Of a stretch of 64,000 nucleotides of DNA, positions 20,735 to 30,683 are shown in pieces. Numbering within the stretch: the first letter of the stretch is position 1; each line of letters begins with the position of its first letter. A model generated the notes under the pieces. That model made no database searches and had not been told where the DNA came from. It worked only from the letters and a program-made list of their open reading frames with translations. Position numbers and translations under genes: made by a program. The DNA is from Candidatus Zapsychrus exili (GTDB lineage Bacteria; Omnitrophota; Gorgyraeia; Zapsychrales; Zapsychraceae), in assembly GCA_030765585.1 (NCBI GenBank), contig JAVCCJ010000075.1:37482-101481 (forward strand), in the 5' to 3' direction.

Positions 20735-20741
20735 AAATATA

Positions 20742-21296
20742 ATGGGACAAAAATATTATTATTTAGTGGCAAGTTTGCCAATTATAAACTTTGATAGTAA
20801 GCCTTCAATATCAGTTAAGGAGTTTTTATCAGATTGTAAAAGGCTTTTGCATGCAGAAGATTATGAATTGCTTAGCATGGCTTTATCAGGCAAAGAACAT
20901 TATGATAAAACAACCAATAATTTTCTTAATACATGGATAGAATTTAATAGAAGTTGTTGCAATGAAATGGCTTGTTTTAGATCTTTAAAGAAAGACAAAG
21001 ATCCTTCAAGTTATATAAGAGGAGATCGTTCTATACAGGCAAATATTATAGAGGTTTTAAATCAAGCTTTTAAGGCACCTGATCTTTTATCAGGAGAAAA
21101 GATTTTAGATAAAGCTAAATGGATATTTTTAGATAATTTACTTTCACAACATTATTTTGACTTTGAATGTGTGTTATCTTATGGATTTAAATTAAAGATT
21201 TTAGAACGCTATCAAGAGTTTGGTTCTGGAAAAGGAAAAGAAGTTTTAGAACAATATAAAATAATAGAAAAGTTAGACAAAATACTTGTTAATTAA
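20742..21296 (+). CDS. conserved hypothetical protein at the position between V-ATPase E and A subunits (chlamydia/spirochaete-type operon)
   Basis: Operon position only; no recognisable motif. 6-nt gap from atpE. Confidence 0.4.
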   Translation: MGQKYYYLVASLPIINFDSKPSISVKEFLSDCKRLLHAEDYELLSMALSGKEHYDKTTNNFLNTWIEFNRSCCNEMACFRSLKKDKDPSSYIRGDRSIQANIIEVLNQAFKAPDLLSGEKILDKAKWIFLDNLLSQHYFDFECVLSYGFKLKILERYQEFGSGKGKEVLEQYKIIEKLDKILVN

Positions 21297-21310
21297 TAGA
21301 AGAGGTATAT

Positions 21311-23041
21311 ATGCAAGATAAAATAAAAAGATGTGGTAAAGTTCTTGGAGTGAACGGCAATATGGTTGCTGTTCAATTTACAGATAAGGTTATACAAAAT
21401 GAAGTAGCTTATGTTGTGATGGGGGACGAAAGGCTAAAGTCTGAGGTCATTCGCGTTAAAGGTTCTCGCTGCGATCTTCAGGTATTTGAAGATACCATTG
21501 GCATAAGAATAGGAGATAAGGTTGAGTTCTCTGGAGAGTTATTGAGCGTTGAATTAGGCCCAGGTCTTTTGGGTCAAGTCTATGATGGTCTACAAAATCC
21601 GCTTTCTAGACTTGCTGAGCAGCATGGATTTTTCTTAAAAAGAGGATCATATTTAGAAGCTTTGGACAAAGAGCAAACTTGGGAGTTTACTCCTGAAGTA
21701 AAAGTAGGAGATAAGTTACGCGCAGGACAGCAAGTAGGTAGCGTTCCTGAAAAAGTTTTTAAGCATAAAATAATGGTTCCTTTTGATTTGAAAGGCACTC
21801 TTGAAGTTGTAAGCATTAAAGATAAAGGCGAGTATAAAATACATGACCAAATGGCAGTTTTAAAAGACGAGATAGATAAAGAACATGTTTTAACTATGGT
21901 TCAGAATTGGCCAGTTAAAGAACCGATAAAAGCGTATGCCGAAAAATGTAAGCCAACAGAACCTTTGATTTCAAAAATAAGAATTATAGATACGTTTGTT
22001 CCTGTTGCTATCGGGGGGACATTTTGCACTCCAGGACCATTTGGCGCAGGCAAAACAGTTTTGCAACATTTGTTGAGTCGTCATGCTGAGGTTGATATCG
22101 TTGTAGTAGCCGCTTGTGGTGAACGTGCAGGTGAAGTTGTTGAAATATTAGAAGAGTTTCCAGAGCTTATTGATCCTCGCACAGGAAAGAGTTTGATGGA
22201 GCGTACAATAATAATTTGTAATACAAGTTCAATGCCTGTTGCTGCTCGCGAATCAAGTGTTTATACAGCAGTTACCTTGGCTGAATATTATAGGCAAATG
22301 GGGTTAAATGTTCTTTTGCTAGCTGATTCTACTTCGCGTTGGGCTCAGGCTATGAGAGAAATGTCAGGAAGATTAGAAGAGATTCCAGGTGAAGAGGCGT
22401 TTCCAGCTTATCTTGAGTCGAGGATAGCATCGTTTTATGAGCGTGCAGGACTTGTTAAATTAAGAGATGGCAGTATGGGATCTGTAACAATAGGTGGCGC
22501 TGTTTCTCCTGCTGGAGGAAATTTTGAAGAGCCTGTAACGCAGGCAACGCTTAAAGTTGTTGGCGCTTTTCATGGCCTTTCAAGAGATAGAGCGAACGCA
22601 AGAAAATATCCTGCAATTGACCCGCTAGATAGTTGGAGTAAATATAAAAGTTTTATTGATGCTGATAAGGTTGCTTTGAGCATTTCGGCTTTAAAGAGAT
22701 CTCAAGATGTAGATCAGATGATGAAAGTTGTTGGAGAAGAGGGCACATCTATTGATGATTTTGTTGATTATTTAAAAGGCGATTTCTTTGATGATGTTTA
22801 TTTGCAACAGAATGCTTTCGATAAGACAGACGAGGCAACCGCATCTGAACGTCAGAAATATGTATTTGATATTATAAGTGAAATTATGGATCAAGATTTT
22901 AGTTTTGATGATAAAGATTCTGCAAGAAAGTTCTTTCAAGAATTAAGACAAATTTTTATTAATTGGAATTCTTGTGGTTTTGATACAGATGAATTTAAGA
23001 AACAAGAAGAAGAGATAAAGAATAAAATCGCAAACGCGTAA
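21311..23041 (+). CDS. atpA: V-type ATP synthase catalytic subunit A
   Basis: Walker A GPFGAGKT. The non-homologous region insertion typical of V/A-type A subunits. Confidence 0.9.
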   Translation: MQDKIKRCGKVLGVNGNMVAVQFTDKVIQNEVAYVVMGDERLKSEVIRVKGSRCDLQVFEDTIGIRIGDKVEFSGELLSVELGPGLLGQVYDGLQNPLSRLAEQHGFFLKRGSYLEALDKEQTWEFTPEVKVGDKLRAGQQVGSVPEKVFKHKIMVPFDLKGTLEVVSIKDKGEYKIHDQMAVLKDEIDKEHVLTMVQNWPVKEPIKAYAEKCKPTEPLISKIRIIDTFVPVAIGGTFCTPGPFGAGKTVLQHLLSRHAEVDIVVVAACGERAGEVVEILEEFPELIDPRTGKSLMERTIIICNTSSMPVAARESSVYTAVTLAEYYRQMGLNVLLLADSTSRWAQAMREMSGRLEEIPGEEAFPAYLESRIASFYERAGLVKLRDGSMGSVTIGGAVSPAGGNFEEPVTQATLKVVGAFHGLSRDRANARKYPAIDPLDSWSKYKSFIDADKVALSISALKRSQDVDQMMKVVGEEGTSIDDFVDYLKGDFFDDVYLQQNAFDKTDEATASERQKYVFDIISEIMDQDFSFDDKDSARKFFQELRQIFINWNSCGFDTDEFKKQEEEIKNKIANA

Positions 23042-23057
23042 GATCGGGGTTTATAAA

Positions 23058-24359
23058 ATGCAAAAAATATATAGTCAGATTATACAAATAGCAGGTGACG
23101 TTATAACAGTTGAAGCAGAAGGTATCTCGTATAAAGAATTAGCTGAAGTAAAGACTAGTCGTGGCATTGCTTTGGCGCAAGTAATTCGTTTAGATGGAAA
23201 TAAGGTATATCTTCAGGTTTTATCTGGAAGTCGAGGTATTGCAACAAACGATAAGGTACGTTTTTTAAAGCATCCTGTTCAAGTATCATTTTCAGATAAT
23301 CTTTTAGGTAGAGTTTTTACTGGTTCAGGTGATTCAAGGGATAACGGACCAGCGCTGAGAGATAATATGATAGACATTGGCGGCCCGTCAGTTAATCCAA
23401 CAAAAAGGATTGTTCCGAAGAATATGATACGAACAGGTATTCCAATGATTGATATTTTTAATTCATTGGTTGAGTCTCAAAAGCTTCCTATTTTTTCAGT
23501 TGCAGGCGAGCCGTATAATCCTCTCTTAGCTCGTATAGCGATGCAAGCTGAAGTTGATATGATAGTTTTGGGCGGCATGGGTCTTAAGCACGATGATTAT
23601 TTATTTTTTAAAGATACTTTAGAGGAGCATGGAGCATTATCAAAATCAATTTTATTTGTTCACACTGCATCAGACCCAACAGTTGAATGTTTGCTAGTTC
23701 CTGATATGTGTTTAGCTGTTGCTGAACAATTTGCTTTGCAAGGCAAGAAGGTTCTGGTTCTTTTAACTGATATGACGAATTTTTGTGATTCTTTAAAAGA
23801 GATTGCAATTACGATGGAACAAATTCCATCAAATCGTGGTTATCCAGGAGATCTTTATAGCCAACTAGCATCAAGATATGAAAAGGCAGTTGATTTCTCT
23901 GATGCAGGATCAATTACTGTTTTAGCTGTAACAACTATGCCAGGAGACGATGTTACTCATCCAGTTCCTGATAATACTGGATATATTACCGAGGGGCAAT
24001 TTTATCTTCGCGACGGTCATATTGAACCATTTGGTTCTTTAAGTAGATTAAAACAACAAGTTAATGGAGATACTCGTTCAGATCATAGAACTATAATGGA
24101 TCGCATGATACAGCTTTTTGCAGATTATAGAGAAACTAAAGAAAAGCAATCAATGGGGTTTCAAATGAGCTCGTGGGATAAAAAGCTTTTAGACTACGGA
24201 AAGCGTTTTGAAACAGATTTAATGGATTTATCTGTAAACATTCCTTTAGAGCAAGCCCTTGATTTGGGATGGAAAATATTATCTGATATCTTCGAACCTA
24301 CAGAAATAGGAATTAAAGAATCTTTAGCAAAGGAATATTGGCCAAAACAGGCTGCCTAA
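23058..24359 (+). CDS. atpB: V-type ATP synthase subunit B
   Basis: A/B-family fold without a functional P-loop (SVAGEPYN). About 433 aa. Confidence 0.9.
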   Translation: MQKIYSQIIQIAGDVITVEAEGISYKELAEVKTSRGIALAQVIRLDGNKVYLQVLSGSRGIATNDKVRFLKHPVQVSFSDNLLGRVFTGSGDSRDNGPALRDNMIDIGGPSVNPTKRIVPKNMIRTGIPMIDIFNSLVESQKLPIFSVAGEPYNPLLARIAMQAEVDMIVLGGMGLKHDDYLFFKDTLEEHGALSKSILFVHTASDPTVECLLVPDMCLAVAEQFALQGKKVLVLLTDMTNFCDSLKEIAITMEQIPSNRGYPGDLYSQLASRYEKAVDFSDAGSITVLAVTTMPGDDVTHPVPDNTGYITEGQFYLRDGHIEPFGSLSRLKQQVNGDTRSDHRTIMDRMIQLFADYRETKEKQSMGFQMSSWDKKLLDYGKRFETDLMDLSVNIPLEQALDLGWKILSDIFEPTEIGIKESLAKEYWPKQAA

Positions 24360-24360
24360 G

Positions 24361-24966
24361 ATGAGTAAAATAAAATTAACAAAAGGTGCGTTAAGGCTAC
24401 AAAGAGATAATCTAGAACGTTTTAGACATTATCTTCCGACCTTACAATTAAAAAAGCAACAGCTTCAAAAGAAAATAGTTGAGGCTCGTGGTGTATTAGA
24501 CCAGAAATCCACCGCTCTTAAATCTAAGCAACAAGACATTGATAAATGGTCTGGTCTTTTAGCTGATTCTAGGGTGGATATTTCAGAATGGGTTAAGCCA
24601 ATTGAAATTATAACAGGGATTAGCAATGTTGCTGGAGCCAATCTTCCTGTTTTTGAAAGTGTAAAATTTCAGGAAGCTGAGTATGATTTGTTTTTGACAC
24701 CTTTTTGGATTGATCGTGGTATAGAAGAATTACGTGATTTAGTTATCTTAATTGTCGAGATGGATATTATAAAAAAACAAGTTTCGATTCTTACTCAGGA
24801 ACTTAGGATTACGACGCAAAGAGTTAATCTTTTTGAAAAAGTTAAAATACCTGAATGTATTGAAAATATAAGAGTGATAAGAATTTATTTAGGCGATCAA
24901 CAAGCAAATGCTGTTGGAATAAGTAAGGTAGCTAAGAAGAAAATTGAATTAGTTGAGGCGGTATAG
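24361..24966 (+). CDS. atpD: V-type ATP synthase subunit D
   Basis: N-terminal MSKIKLTKGALRLQRDNLERFRHYLPTLQLKKQQL, characteristic of the D-subunit coiled-coil rotor stalk. Confidence 0.8.
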   Translation: MSKIKLTKGALRLQRDNLERFRHYLPTLQLKKQQLQKKIVEARGVLDQKSTALKSKQQDIDKWSGLLADSRVDISEWVKPIEIITGISNVAGANLPVFESVKFQEAEYDLFLTPFWIDRGIEELRDLVILIVEMDIIKKQVSILTQELRITTQRVNLFEKVKIPECIENIRVIRIYLGDQQANAVGISKVAKKKIELVEAV

Positions 24967-24973
24967 GATTGTT

Positions 24974-25104
24974 GTCATTGCGAGGAGCGAAGCGACGCGG
25001 CAATCTTATATCAAATGACGAGTGTTAATCTAGAAGAGATTGCCATACTCGGTTTTCGCCTGCCTGGCTAACGCCAGTCAGTCAGACCTCGTTCGCAATG
25101 ACAG
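24974..25104. repeat. Inverted-repeat-bounded element of about 131 bp (TGTCATTGCGAGG ... CCTCGTTCGCAATGACA) inside the V-ATPase operon between atpD and atpI
   Basis: Terminal inverted repeat TGTCATTGCGA / TCGCAATGACA. Internal hairpins GGCAATCTt...AAGAGATTGCC and CTGGCtaacGCCAG. Confidence 0.5.
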
Positions 25105-25121
25105 AAATTTTTTAATTTATT

Positions 25122-26876
25122 ATGATAGTTCCGATGAAGAAAATTTATATGATAGTGCAATCTAAGGATATTGGTAGTGCTCTTAAGTCCTTAAGAAAGA
25201 TAGGGACAGTACACGTAGAGCAGCAAGTTTTTAAGCCTTCTGACGAAATTGGTAAACTGAAAGATGATATAAAATATCTTAGTCGCATAGTTGATGTCTT
25301 GTCTCGTAAAAACATAGCAAAGCAATCGAAGCTAGAGGATTTAGATGCGCAGGCAAAGAAAATCTTACATGACTTGTCTTTGATAGACAATTTAGAAGAG
25401 TCTATTGAAATAAGAAAAGCTACGATACATAAATGGGAGCATTGGGGAGACTTTAATCCTGCTGATATAAAAGATCTATTGAGTAGTGGCATTTATGTTG
25501 GGCTTTTTAAAATACCTGTTATTGAACTCGTAAATTTATCAGAAAGCTTGATAGTAGATGTTGTGAGCAAGGTAGGCGGGATAGCTAATTGTATTATTGT
25601 ATCTAAGAATTCTTTAGATATTGGTTTTGATCAAATTAAACTTCCTGATTTAAGTTTATCTGAAATGTTAAAGCTACAGGATGAGGATAAAACTAAGATA
25701 GAAGATATAAGGCAATGTCTTTTAGGTGATGCAAAATATCTTAATGTTTTTAAAAAAGCTTTAGACGTGCAGAAAGATTCTCTTAAATTTAAAGAAGTAG
25801 TAGATTCTATGACGGAAGTTGAAAATTTATCTTGGCTTCGTGGATTTTGTCCTAAAGAAGCATGTGCTGCTCTAAAAGAAGATGCAGGAAAACATCATTG
25901 GGGGCTTTTAATAGAGGAACCTAAAGAAGATGAACAAGTTCCTACATTGCTTCGCAACCCTAAATGGGTTGAGCTTATAAAACCAGTATTTTCAATGATA
26001 GATATTTTGCCAGGGTATAAGGAAGTGGATATAAGCTTCTTTTTTCTTACGTTTTTTTCGTTTTTCTTTGGCATATTAATAGGCGATGCTGGTTATGGTT
26101 TGATATTTTTGTTTTCAACATTTCTGGCCAAAGTTAAGTTGGGCAAAAAGGTAAAGGATAAATCTCCATTCGGATTAATGTATCTTTTAAGTATTGTTAC
26201 AATAATTTGGGGTGTTTTATCAGGTACATTCTTTGGTCAACAGTGGTTATTTGCATTAAATATAAAAGCGCTTGTGCCTTGGTTACAAGATGCCAACAAT
26301 GTACAGATGCTATGTTTTTTAATAGGCGCTGTACATTTAAGTATAGCTCATATTTGGAGAGCTATTTTAAAATTTCCTCATGCAAGTTTTTTAGGCGAGG
26401 TGGGTTGGCTTTTGATTTTATGGGGTATGTTCTTTGTGGCTAAGATGTTGGTTTTAGATATGGCATTTCCATTGCATGCAAAGTATTTGTTTATGGTAGG
26501 ACCAGCACTAGTAATATTTTTCACTAAACCTAATTTTAATCCTTTAAAAGCAATTGGACCAGGAATAGGAGATTTTCTTCTTAACATAGTAAACACCTTT
26601 GCAGATATAGTTTCATATATCAGACTTTTTGCAGTTGGTCTTGCAAGTGTTGCGGTTGCAGATGCGTTTAATTCAATGGCACTAGATATAGGGTTTAGTT
26701 CCGTTTTAGCAGGATTTTTGTCTGCTATAATTTTAGTTTGTGGACATGTGTTTAATATTATTTTAGGTGCAATGTCTATTTTGGTCCACGGTTTACGTTT
26801 AAATGTGCTAGAGTTTTCAGGACATTTAAATATGGAGTGGGCAGGATTTAAATACGAACCTTTTAAGAAAAGATAG
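25122..26876 (+). CDS. atpI: V-type ATP synthase subunit I (a-subunit)
   Basis: Hydrophilic N-terminal domain of about 300 aa followed by about 7 TM helices. Conserved Arg-containing C-terminal helices (SYIRLFAVGLAS). Confidence 0.8.
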   Translation: MIVPMKKIYMIVQSKDIGSALKSLRKIGTVHVEQQVFKPSDEIGKLKDDIKYLSRIVDVLSRKNIAKQSKLEDLDAQAKKILHDLSLIDNLEESIEIRKATIHKWEHWGDFNPADIKDLLSSGIYVGLFKIPVIELVNLSESLIVDVVSKVGGIANCIIVSKNSLDIGFDQIKLPDLSLSEMLKLQDEDKTKIEDIRQCLLGDAKYLNVFKKALDVQKDSLKFKEVVDSMTEVENLSWLRGFCPKEACAALKEDAGKHHWGLLIEEPKEDEQVPTLLRNPKWVELIKPVFSMIDILPGYKEVDISFFFLTFFSFFFGILIGDAGYGLIFLFSTFLAKVKLGKKVKDKSPFGLMYLLSIVTIIWGVLSGTFFGQQWLFALNIKALVPWLQDANNVQMLCFLIGAVHLSIAHIWRAILKFPHASFLGEVGWLLILWGMFFVAKMLVLDMAFPLHAKYLFMVGPALVIFFTKPNFNPLKAIGPGIGDFLLNIVNTFADIVSYIRLFAVGLASVAVADAFNSMALDIGFSSVLAGFLSAIILVCGHVFNIILGAMSILVHGLRLNVLEFSGHLNMEWAGFKYEPFKKR

Positions 26877-26886
26877 GAGAATAAAT

Positions 26887-27339
26887 ATGGATTCAGTATT
26901 AGTTCAATTTAAAGATTTAGGTTTGGCTGCATCAATTTGTCTTGCAGCTCTTGGATCAGCTATGGGAACAGGTATAGCGGGTATGGCTGCTATTGGAGCA
27001 TGGAAAAAATGTTATGCTCAAAGTAAGACAGCGCCTTTTATGTTGCTTGTTTTTGTAGGAGCTCCGCTTACTCAAACTATTTATGGTTTGATTTTGATGA
27101 ATGTAATTGCAACTACAGCAGCCGCAGGACAGTATTTTTGGGGAGTTGGCATACTAGGCGGACTTGCAATGGGTACTTCTGCTATGATGCAAGGCAAAGC
27201 AGCAGCAGGCGCATCAGATGCTCTTGCAGAAACAGACAAAGGATTTACAAATTATTTGATAGTTTTGGGTATTATTGAGTCAGTAGCGTTGTTTGTTATG
27301 GTTTTTTTAAGAGGAAAAGTGCTAGCGTTAGCAGGATAA
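26887..27339 (+). CDS. atpK: V-type ATP synthase proteolipid subunit K (c-subunit)
   Basis: Four-TM Gly/Ala-rich proteolipid with the essential carboxylate in the last hairpin (GIIESVALFVMV). Confidence 0.8.
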   Translation: MDSVLVQFKDLGLAASICLAALGSAMGTGIAGMAAIGAWKKCYAQSKTAPFMLLVFVGAPLTQTIYGLILMNVIATTAAAGQYFWGVGILGGLAMGTSAMMQGKAAAGASDALAETDKGFTNYLIVLGIIESVALFVMVFLRGKVLALAG

Positions 27340-27347
27340 CTTGACTA

Positions 27348-27376
27348 TTGACATAATTGATAAGTTGTAATATTAT
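27348..27376 (+). promoter_or_regulatory. sigma70-like promoter for the tRNA-Val/tRNA-Asp unit (TTGACA-N17-TATTAT), preceded by a second TTGACT
   Basis: Perfect -35 TTGACA, 17-nt spacer and -10 TATTAT. About 28 nt upstream of tRNA-Val. Confidence 0.5.
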
Positions 27377-27403
27377 AACTGACTTGATTTTGTAGTATTT
27401 ATG

Positions 27404-27480
27404 GGGCGATTAGCTCAGTTGGTTAGAGCACCTGATTTACATTCAGGGGGTCGTAGGTTCGAGTCCTACATTGCCCACCA
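27404..27480 (+). tRNA. tRNA-Val (anticodon UAC), CCA encoded
   Basis: Folded by hand. Acceptor GGGCGAT/ATTGCCC. D-arm GCTC...GAGC. Anticodon stem CCTGA/TCAGG with loop TTTACAT. T-arm GTAGG-TTCGAGT-CCTAC. 3' ACCA. Confidence 0.85.
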
Positions 27481-27545
27481 TTTTAAAAGATATCTTTACA
27501 AAATGAACCTCAGATATTAAACTGTAGTTCAATTTTGACCTTTAA

Positions 27546-27620
27546 GGACCCGTGGTGTAGCTTGGTTAACATGTCAGATTGTCGATCTGAAGATCGCGAG
27601 TTCAAATCTCGTCGGGTCCG
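27546..27620 (+). tRNA. tRNA-Asp (anticodon GUC)
   Basis: Acceptor GGACCCG/CGGGTCC. Anticodon stem TCAGA/TCTGA with loop TTGTCGA (GTC). T-arm GCGAG-TTCAAAT-CTCGT. Discriminator G; no CCA encoded. Confidence 0.85.
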
Positions 27621-27634
27621 TTTAAATATAAAAA

Positions 27635-27663
27635 CCTCAGACTTTTTAGTCTGGGGTTTTTTA
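27635..27663 (+). terminator. rho-independent terminator after the tRNA genes
   Basis: Hairpin CCTCAGACT-tttt-AGTCTGGGG followed by TTTTTT. Confidence 0.7.
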
Positions 27664-27775
27664 TTAGAAATTATTTATTATTTTATTTATAGATTTTGCG
27701 TTCCAACTTTTTTGTTTTCAAAAGTTAGAAATCATTGTATGATAACCCAACAAAAACATTTAATAAAGAAGGGGG

Positions 27776-28693
27776 ATGGTTATGAAAACTTTAAAAATTC
27801 AGGTTCTTTCTTTGATGGCGTTATTCTCTTCAAAGTTAGCTTTTGCACAAGAACAGCCACAGAATATTACTGATATGGCAACTCAACAATTAGATACAGT
27901 TAAGAATCTAGTACAAGTTATTACAGAGTTTGGTGTTAAATATAGTTTTCAAGTCATTGGCGGACTTATTGTTTTGGCCTTAGGTTGGGTGGTGGCAGGC
28001 TATATAGGCAAAATTATCATAGGGATGCTTGAAAAGAAAAATGTAGATGTCACTGTATCTAAGTTTCTTGTAGGTACGGTTAAGTTTATTATTATTGCTT
28101 TTGCTGGAATTGTTGCTTTAGGTAAGTTTGGAATTGAAATTGCTCCGTTGATTGCTGGTGTATCGGTAGCTGGTTTTGGTTTAAGTTTTGCTCTTCAAGG
28201 GCCTTTATCAAATTATGCTTCAGGTGCCACACTTATCTTTACTAAGCCGTTTAAAGTAGGCGAAATAATAGAGGTGGCAGGTGTCATGGGAGAAGTAACT
28301 GATATGAAGCTTCCTCGCACTGAGATTAGAACAATGGATGGGGATTTGGTTTTTATTCCAAACAAACATATAGTAGGTGAGGTTATACATAATTATTCTA
28401 CAGACAAGAGATTAGATTTAAATGTTGGAGTAAGTTACAGTGCTGATATAGGTCGTGCAATAAAGATAGTTGAAGATTCTATTAAGATTGATAAGCGTGT
28501 AACTAAAGGTCCTAAGGTTGGAATTACGGAATTTGCAGACTCAAGTGTAAATATTTATGCAAGAGTTTGGTGTAGGCAAGACGATTATTTAGATGTAATG
28601 TTTGATGCGAATAAAAACATATTTGATTCCTTAAAGAAAAATAATATTGAAATACCATTTCCTCAGAGAGATGTACGTATAGTTAAAGAATAA
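27776..28693 (+). CDS. small-conductance mechanosensitive channel (MscS family)
   Basis: Signal/TM region, a pore helix rich in Gly/Ala (IAGVSVAGFGLSFALQ) and a conserved beta-domain (GEIIEVAGVMGEVTDMKLPRTEIRTMDGDLVFIPN). Confidence 0.8.
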   Translation: MVMKTLKIQVLSLMALFSSKLAFAQEQPQNITDMATQQLDTVKNLVQVITEFGVKYSFQVIGGLIVLALGWVVAGYIGKIIIGMLEKKNVDVTVSKFLVGTVKFIIIAFAGIVALGKFGIEIAPLIAGVSVAGFGLSFALQGPLSNYASGATLIFTKPFKVGEIIEVAGVMGEVTDMKLPRTEIRTMDGDLVFIPNKHIVGEVIHNYSTDKRLDLNVGVSYSADIGRAIKIVEDSIKIDKRVTKGPKVGITEFADSSVNIYARVWCRQDDYLDVMFDANKNIFDSLKKNNIEIPFPQRDVRIVKE

Positions 28694-28708
28694 AACTTAG
28701 GAGTATTT

Positions 28709-29872
28709 ATGGAAGGATTTATTTTTGACTTAAGCATTATATTGGTAGGGGCTGCTATTTTATCGTTTTTAGCAGTTGTGTTTAAGCAACCCATAATTAT
28801 TGCTTATATTATTTGTGGAGTAATCGTTGGGCCTTTGGGATTAGGATGGATTAAGCATCCTGAGTTTATAGGAGACATATCTCATTTAGGTATAACGCTT
28901 TTGCTTTTTTTGGCAGGCCTTTGCTTACATCCTCAGAAGCTTATTAAATTGTTTAAGAAAACAACACTTGCAACTATTGGCAGTTGTTTGGTGTCTTTTG
29001 TTTTAGCATTCGGTTTTTCTTTAATATTTGAGTTTGGATTAATTGATAGTCTTTGCATAGGTTTGGCTTTGATGTTCTCGAGTACGATTTTGACTGTTAA
29101 GCTTCTGCCTACAACAAAATTGCATCAGCAGAGAATGGGAGCTATCTGTATTAGCGTTTTGATAATACAAGATTTAATAGCAATAGCAGTTCTTGCTTTT
29201 ATTCGTTCTTTAAATTTATCTCATTCTGTAACTCCAAACTTTCCTTTATTGATTGTTAAGTTGATACTTTTTGTAGGAGCTTTGGTTTTATTTGAGCAAT
29301 TTGTTTTAAGAAAGGTAATGAAAAAAGTAGATCATTTTCATGAGGCTTTGTTTATACTAGGGCTAGCTTGGTGCTTTGGCATAGCAACAATATCTGAGAA
29401 GATGGGACTTTTTTATGAGACGGGAGCTTTTGTTGCAGGTGTTGTTTTAGCAAGGCACAAAATATCTTTGTTTATATCAGAAAGTTTAAAACCGTTAAGA
29501 GACTTCTTTTTAGTTCTGTTCTTTTTTACTCTTGGAGCTAAGCTAGATTTTTTAGCTATGAGAATGGTATTTTTTCCTGCACTATTTATGGCTACTTTGT
29601 TTATTATTGTTAAGCCATGGTTATTTAAAAAATTATTTTTACTGTCTGGAGAAAAGGAATATTTTTCAGAAGAGGTCGGTATAAGATTAGGACAATTGAG
29701 CGAGTTTTCTTTGTTAATCGCGTTACTTGCATTTGAACTAGGGCATATAAGCAATAACGCATCTCAATTGATACAGCTGGTCACAATTATTACATTTGTT
29801 ATTTCAAGCTATATAGTAGTATTTAAATATCCAACGCCTATAGGCACAACTGAAAAAATGATAAGGGATTAA
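28709..29872 (+). CDS. monovalent cation:proton antiporter (CPA2 / Na+-H+ exchanger family)
   Basis: About 12 TM helices. Motifs typical of the KefB/NapA-type family (GVIVGPLGLG, GLEL-like region). 387 aa with no KTN domain. Confidence 0.75.
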   Translation: MEGFIFDLSIILVGAAILSFLAVVFKQPIIIAYIICGVIVGPLGLGWIKHPEFIGDISHLGITLLLFLAGLCLHPQKLIKLFKKTTLATIGSCLVSFVLAFGFSLIFEFGLIDSLCIGLALMFSSTILTVKLLPTTKLHQQRMGAICISVLIIQDLIAIAVLAFIRSLNLSHSVTPNFPLLIVKLILFVGALVLFEQFVLRKVMKKVDHFHEALFILGLAWCFGIATISEKMGLFYETGAFVAGVVLARHKISLFISESLKPLRDFFLVLFFFTLGAKLDFLAMRMVFFPALFMATLFIIVKPWLFKKLFLLSGEKEYFSEEVGIRLGQLSEFSLLIALLAFELGHISNNASQLIQLVTIITFVISSYIVVFKYPTPIGTTEKMIRD

Positions 29873-29874
29873 TT

Positions 29875-30258
29875 ATGGATCAAACTTTTGTAACAGCAAT
29901 AAATTGTATCGATGGTAGGGCTCAACAACCAGTTATTAGTTATTTAACTAAGAAGTATAATGTTAATTTTGTTGATATGATAACTGAGCCAGGAATCAAC
30001 AAAATATTGTTTTCAGATTGCGATAAGGAAGCTGTTGAATCTATAAGAAGAAAAGTTTCATTAACTGTAGTCAACCATAATTCTTCGATTATTGCTATTG
30101 TGGGGCATCATGGATGTGTTGGCAATCCATCTTCTTTTGAAGATCAAAAAAAACATATTCTGGGTGCTATAGATTGCGTAAAAGAATGGAATTTTGTTGT
30201 GGATGATGTCATAGGTTTGTGGATTGATGAAGAGTATAATGTTGTAGAAATAAATTAA
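29875..30258 (+). CDS. small hypothetical protein translationally coupled to the CPA2 antiporter; carries CxDxR and HxxC motifs
   Basis: NCIDGRAQ and IVGHHGCVGN motifs recall the beta-carbonic-anhydrase zinc ligands, but the protein is only 127 aa. 2-nt gap from the antiporter stop. Confidence 0.3.
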   Translation: MDQTFVTAINCIDGRAQQPVISYLTKKYNVNFVDMITEPGINKILFSDCDKEAVESIRRKVSLTVVNHNSSIIAIVGHHGCVGNPSSFEDQKKHILGAIDCVKEWNFVVDDVIGLWIDEEYNVVEIN

Positions 30259-30287
30259 TAAATAAGATTTTTAAGAAGGGGATAATA

Positions 30288-30593
30288 ATGATTTCTATTG
30301 AAGACTTTGCAAAAGCGGAAATAAAAATAGCAAAAATAAAAGAAGTAGAAGACCATCCGAATGCAGATAGATTATATGTTGTGAAAATTGATTTAGGAGA
30401 AGAAGAGCGACAAATAGTGGCAGGTATTAAGTCGAGCTATGAAAAAGAATATTTGATTGGAAAATTAATAGCGGTTGTGACTAATCTAGAGCCAGCTACT
30501 ATTAGAGGAGTGGAGTCTAATGGAATGCTTTTAGCTGCTTCAGATGAAAATAGCTGTATTCCTTTCTCCCAAGAAAAAAGTAAAGCTTGGTAG
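30288..30593 (+). CDS. tRNA-binding domain protein (CsaA / EMAP-II-like OB fold)
   Basis: AKAEIKIAKIKEVEDHPNADRLYVVKIDLGEE...QIVAGI matches the Trbp111/CsaA/MetRS C-terminal tRNA-binding OB fold. Confidence 0.7.
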   Translation: MISIEDFAKAEIKIAKIKEVEDHPNADRLYVVKIDLGEEERQIVAGIKSSYEKEYLIGKLIAVVTNLEPATIRGVESNGMLLAASDENSCIPFSQEKSKAW

Positions 30594-30683
30594 TAGAGTT
30601 AAATGACATGGTTGTGATTATAAAGTATTTATCGTTTTCTACAGAAGTTTATCCAATCTTAATAAATAGAATATTAAAATAAA

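Noticed and set aside
27535-27873. 112-aa ORF on + strand
   Set aside because: Its 5' part is the tRNA-Asp gene itself (27546..27620) and the terminator. This is a spurious translation of RNA-gene sequence.
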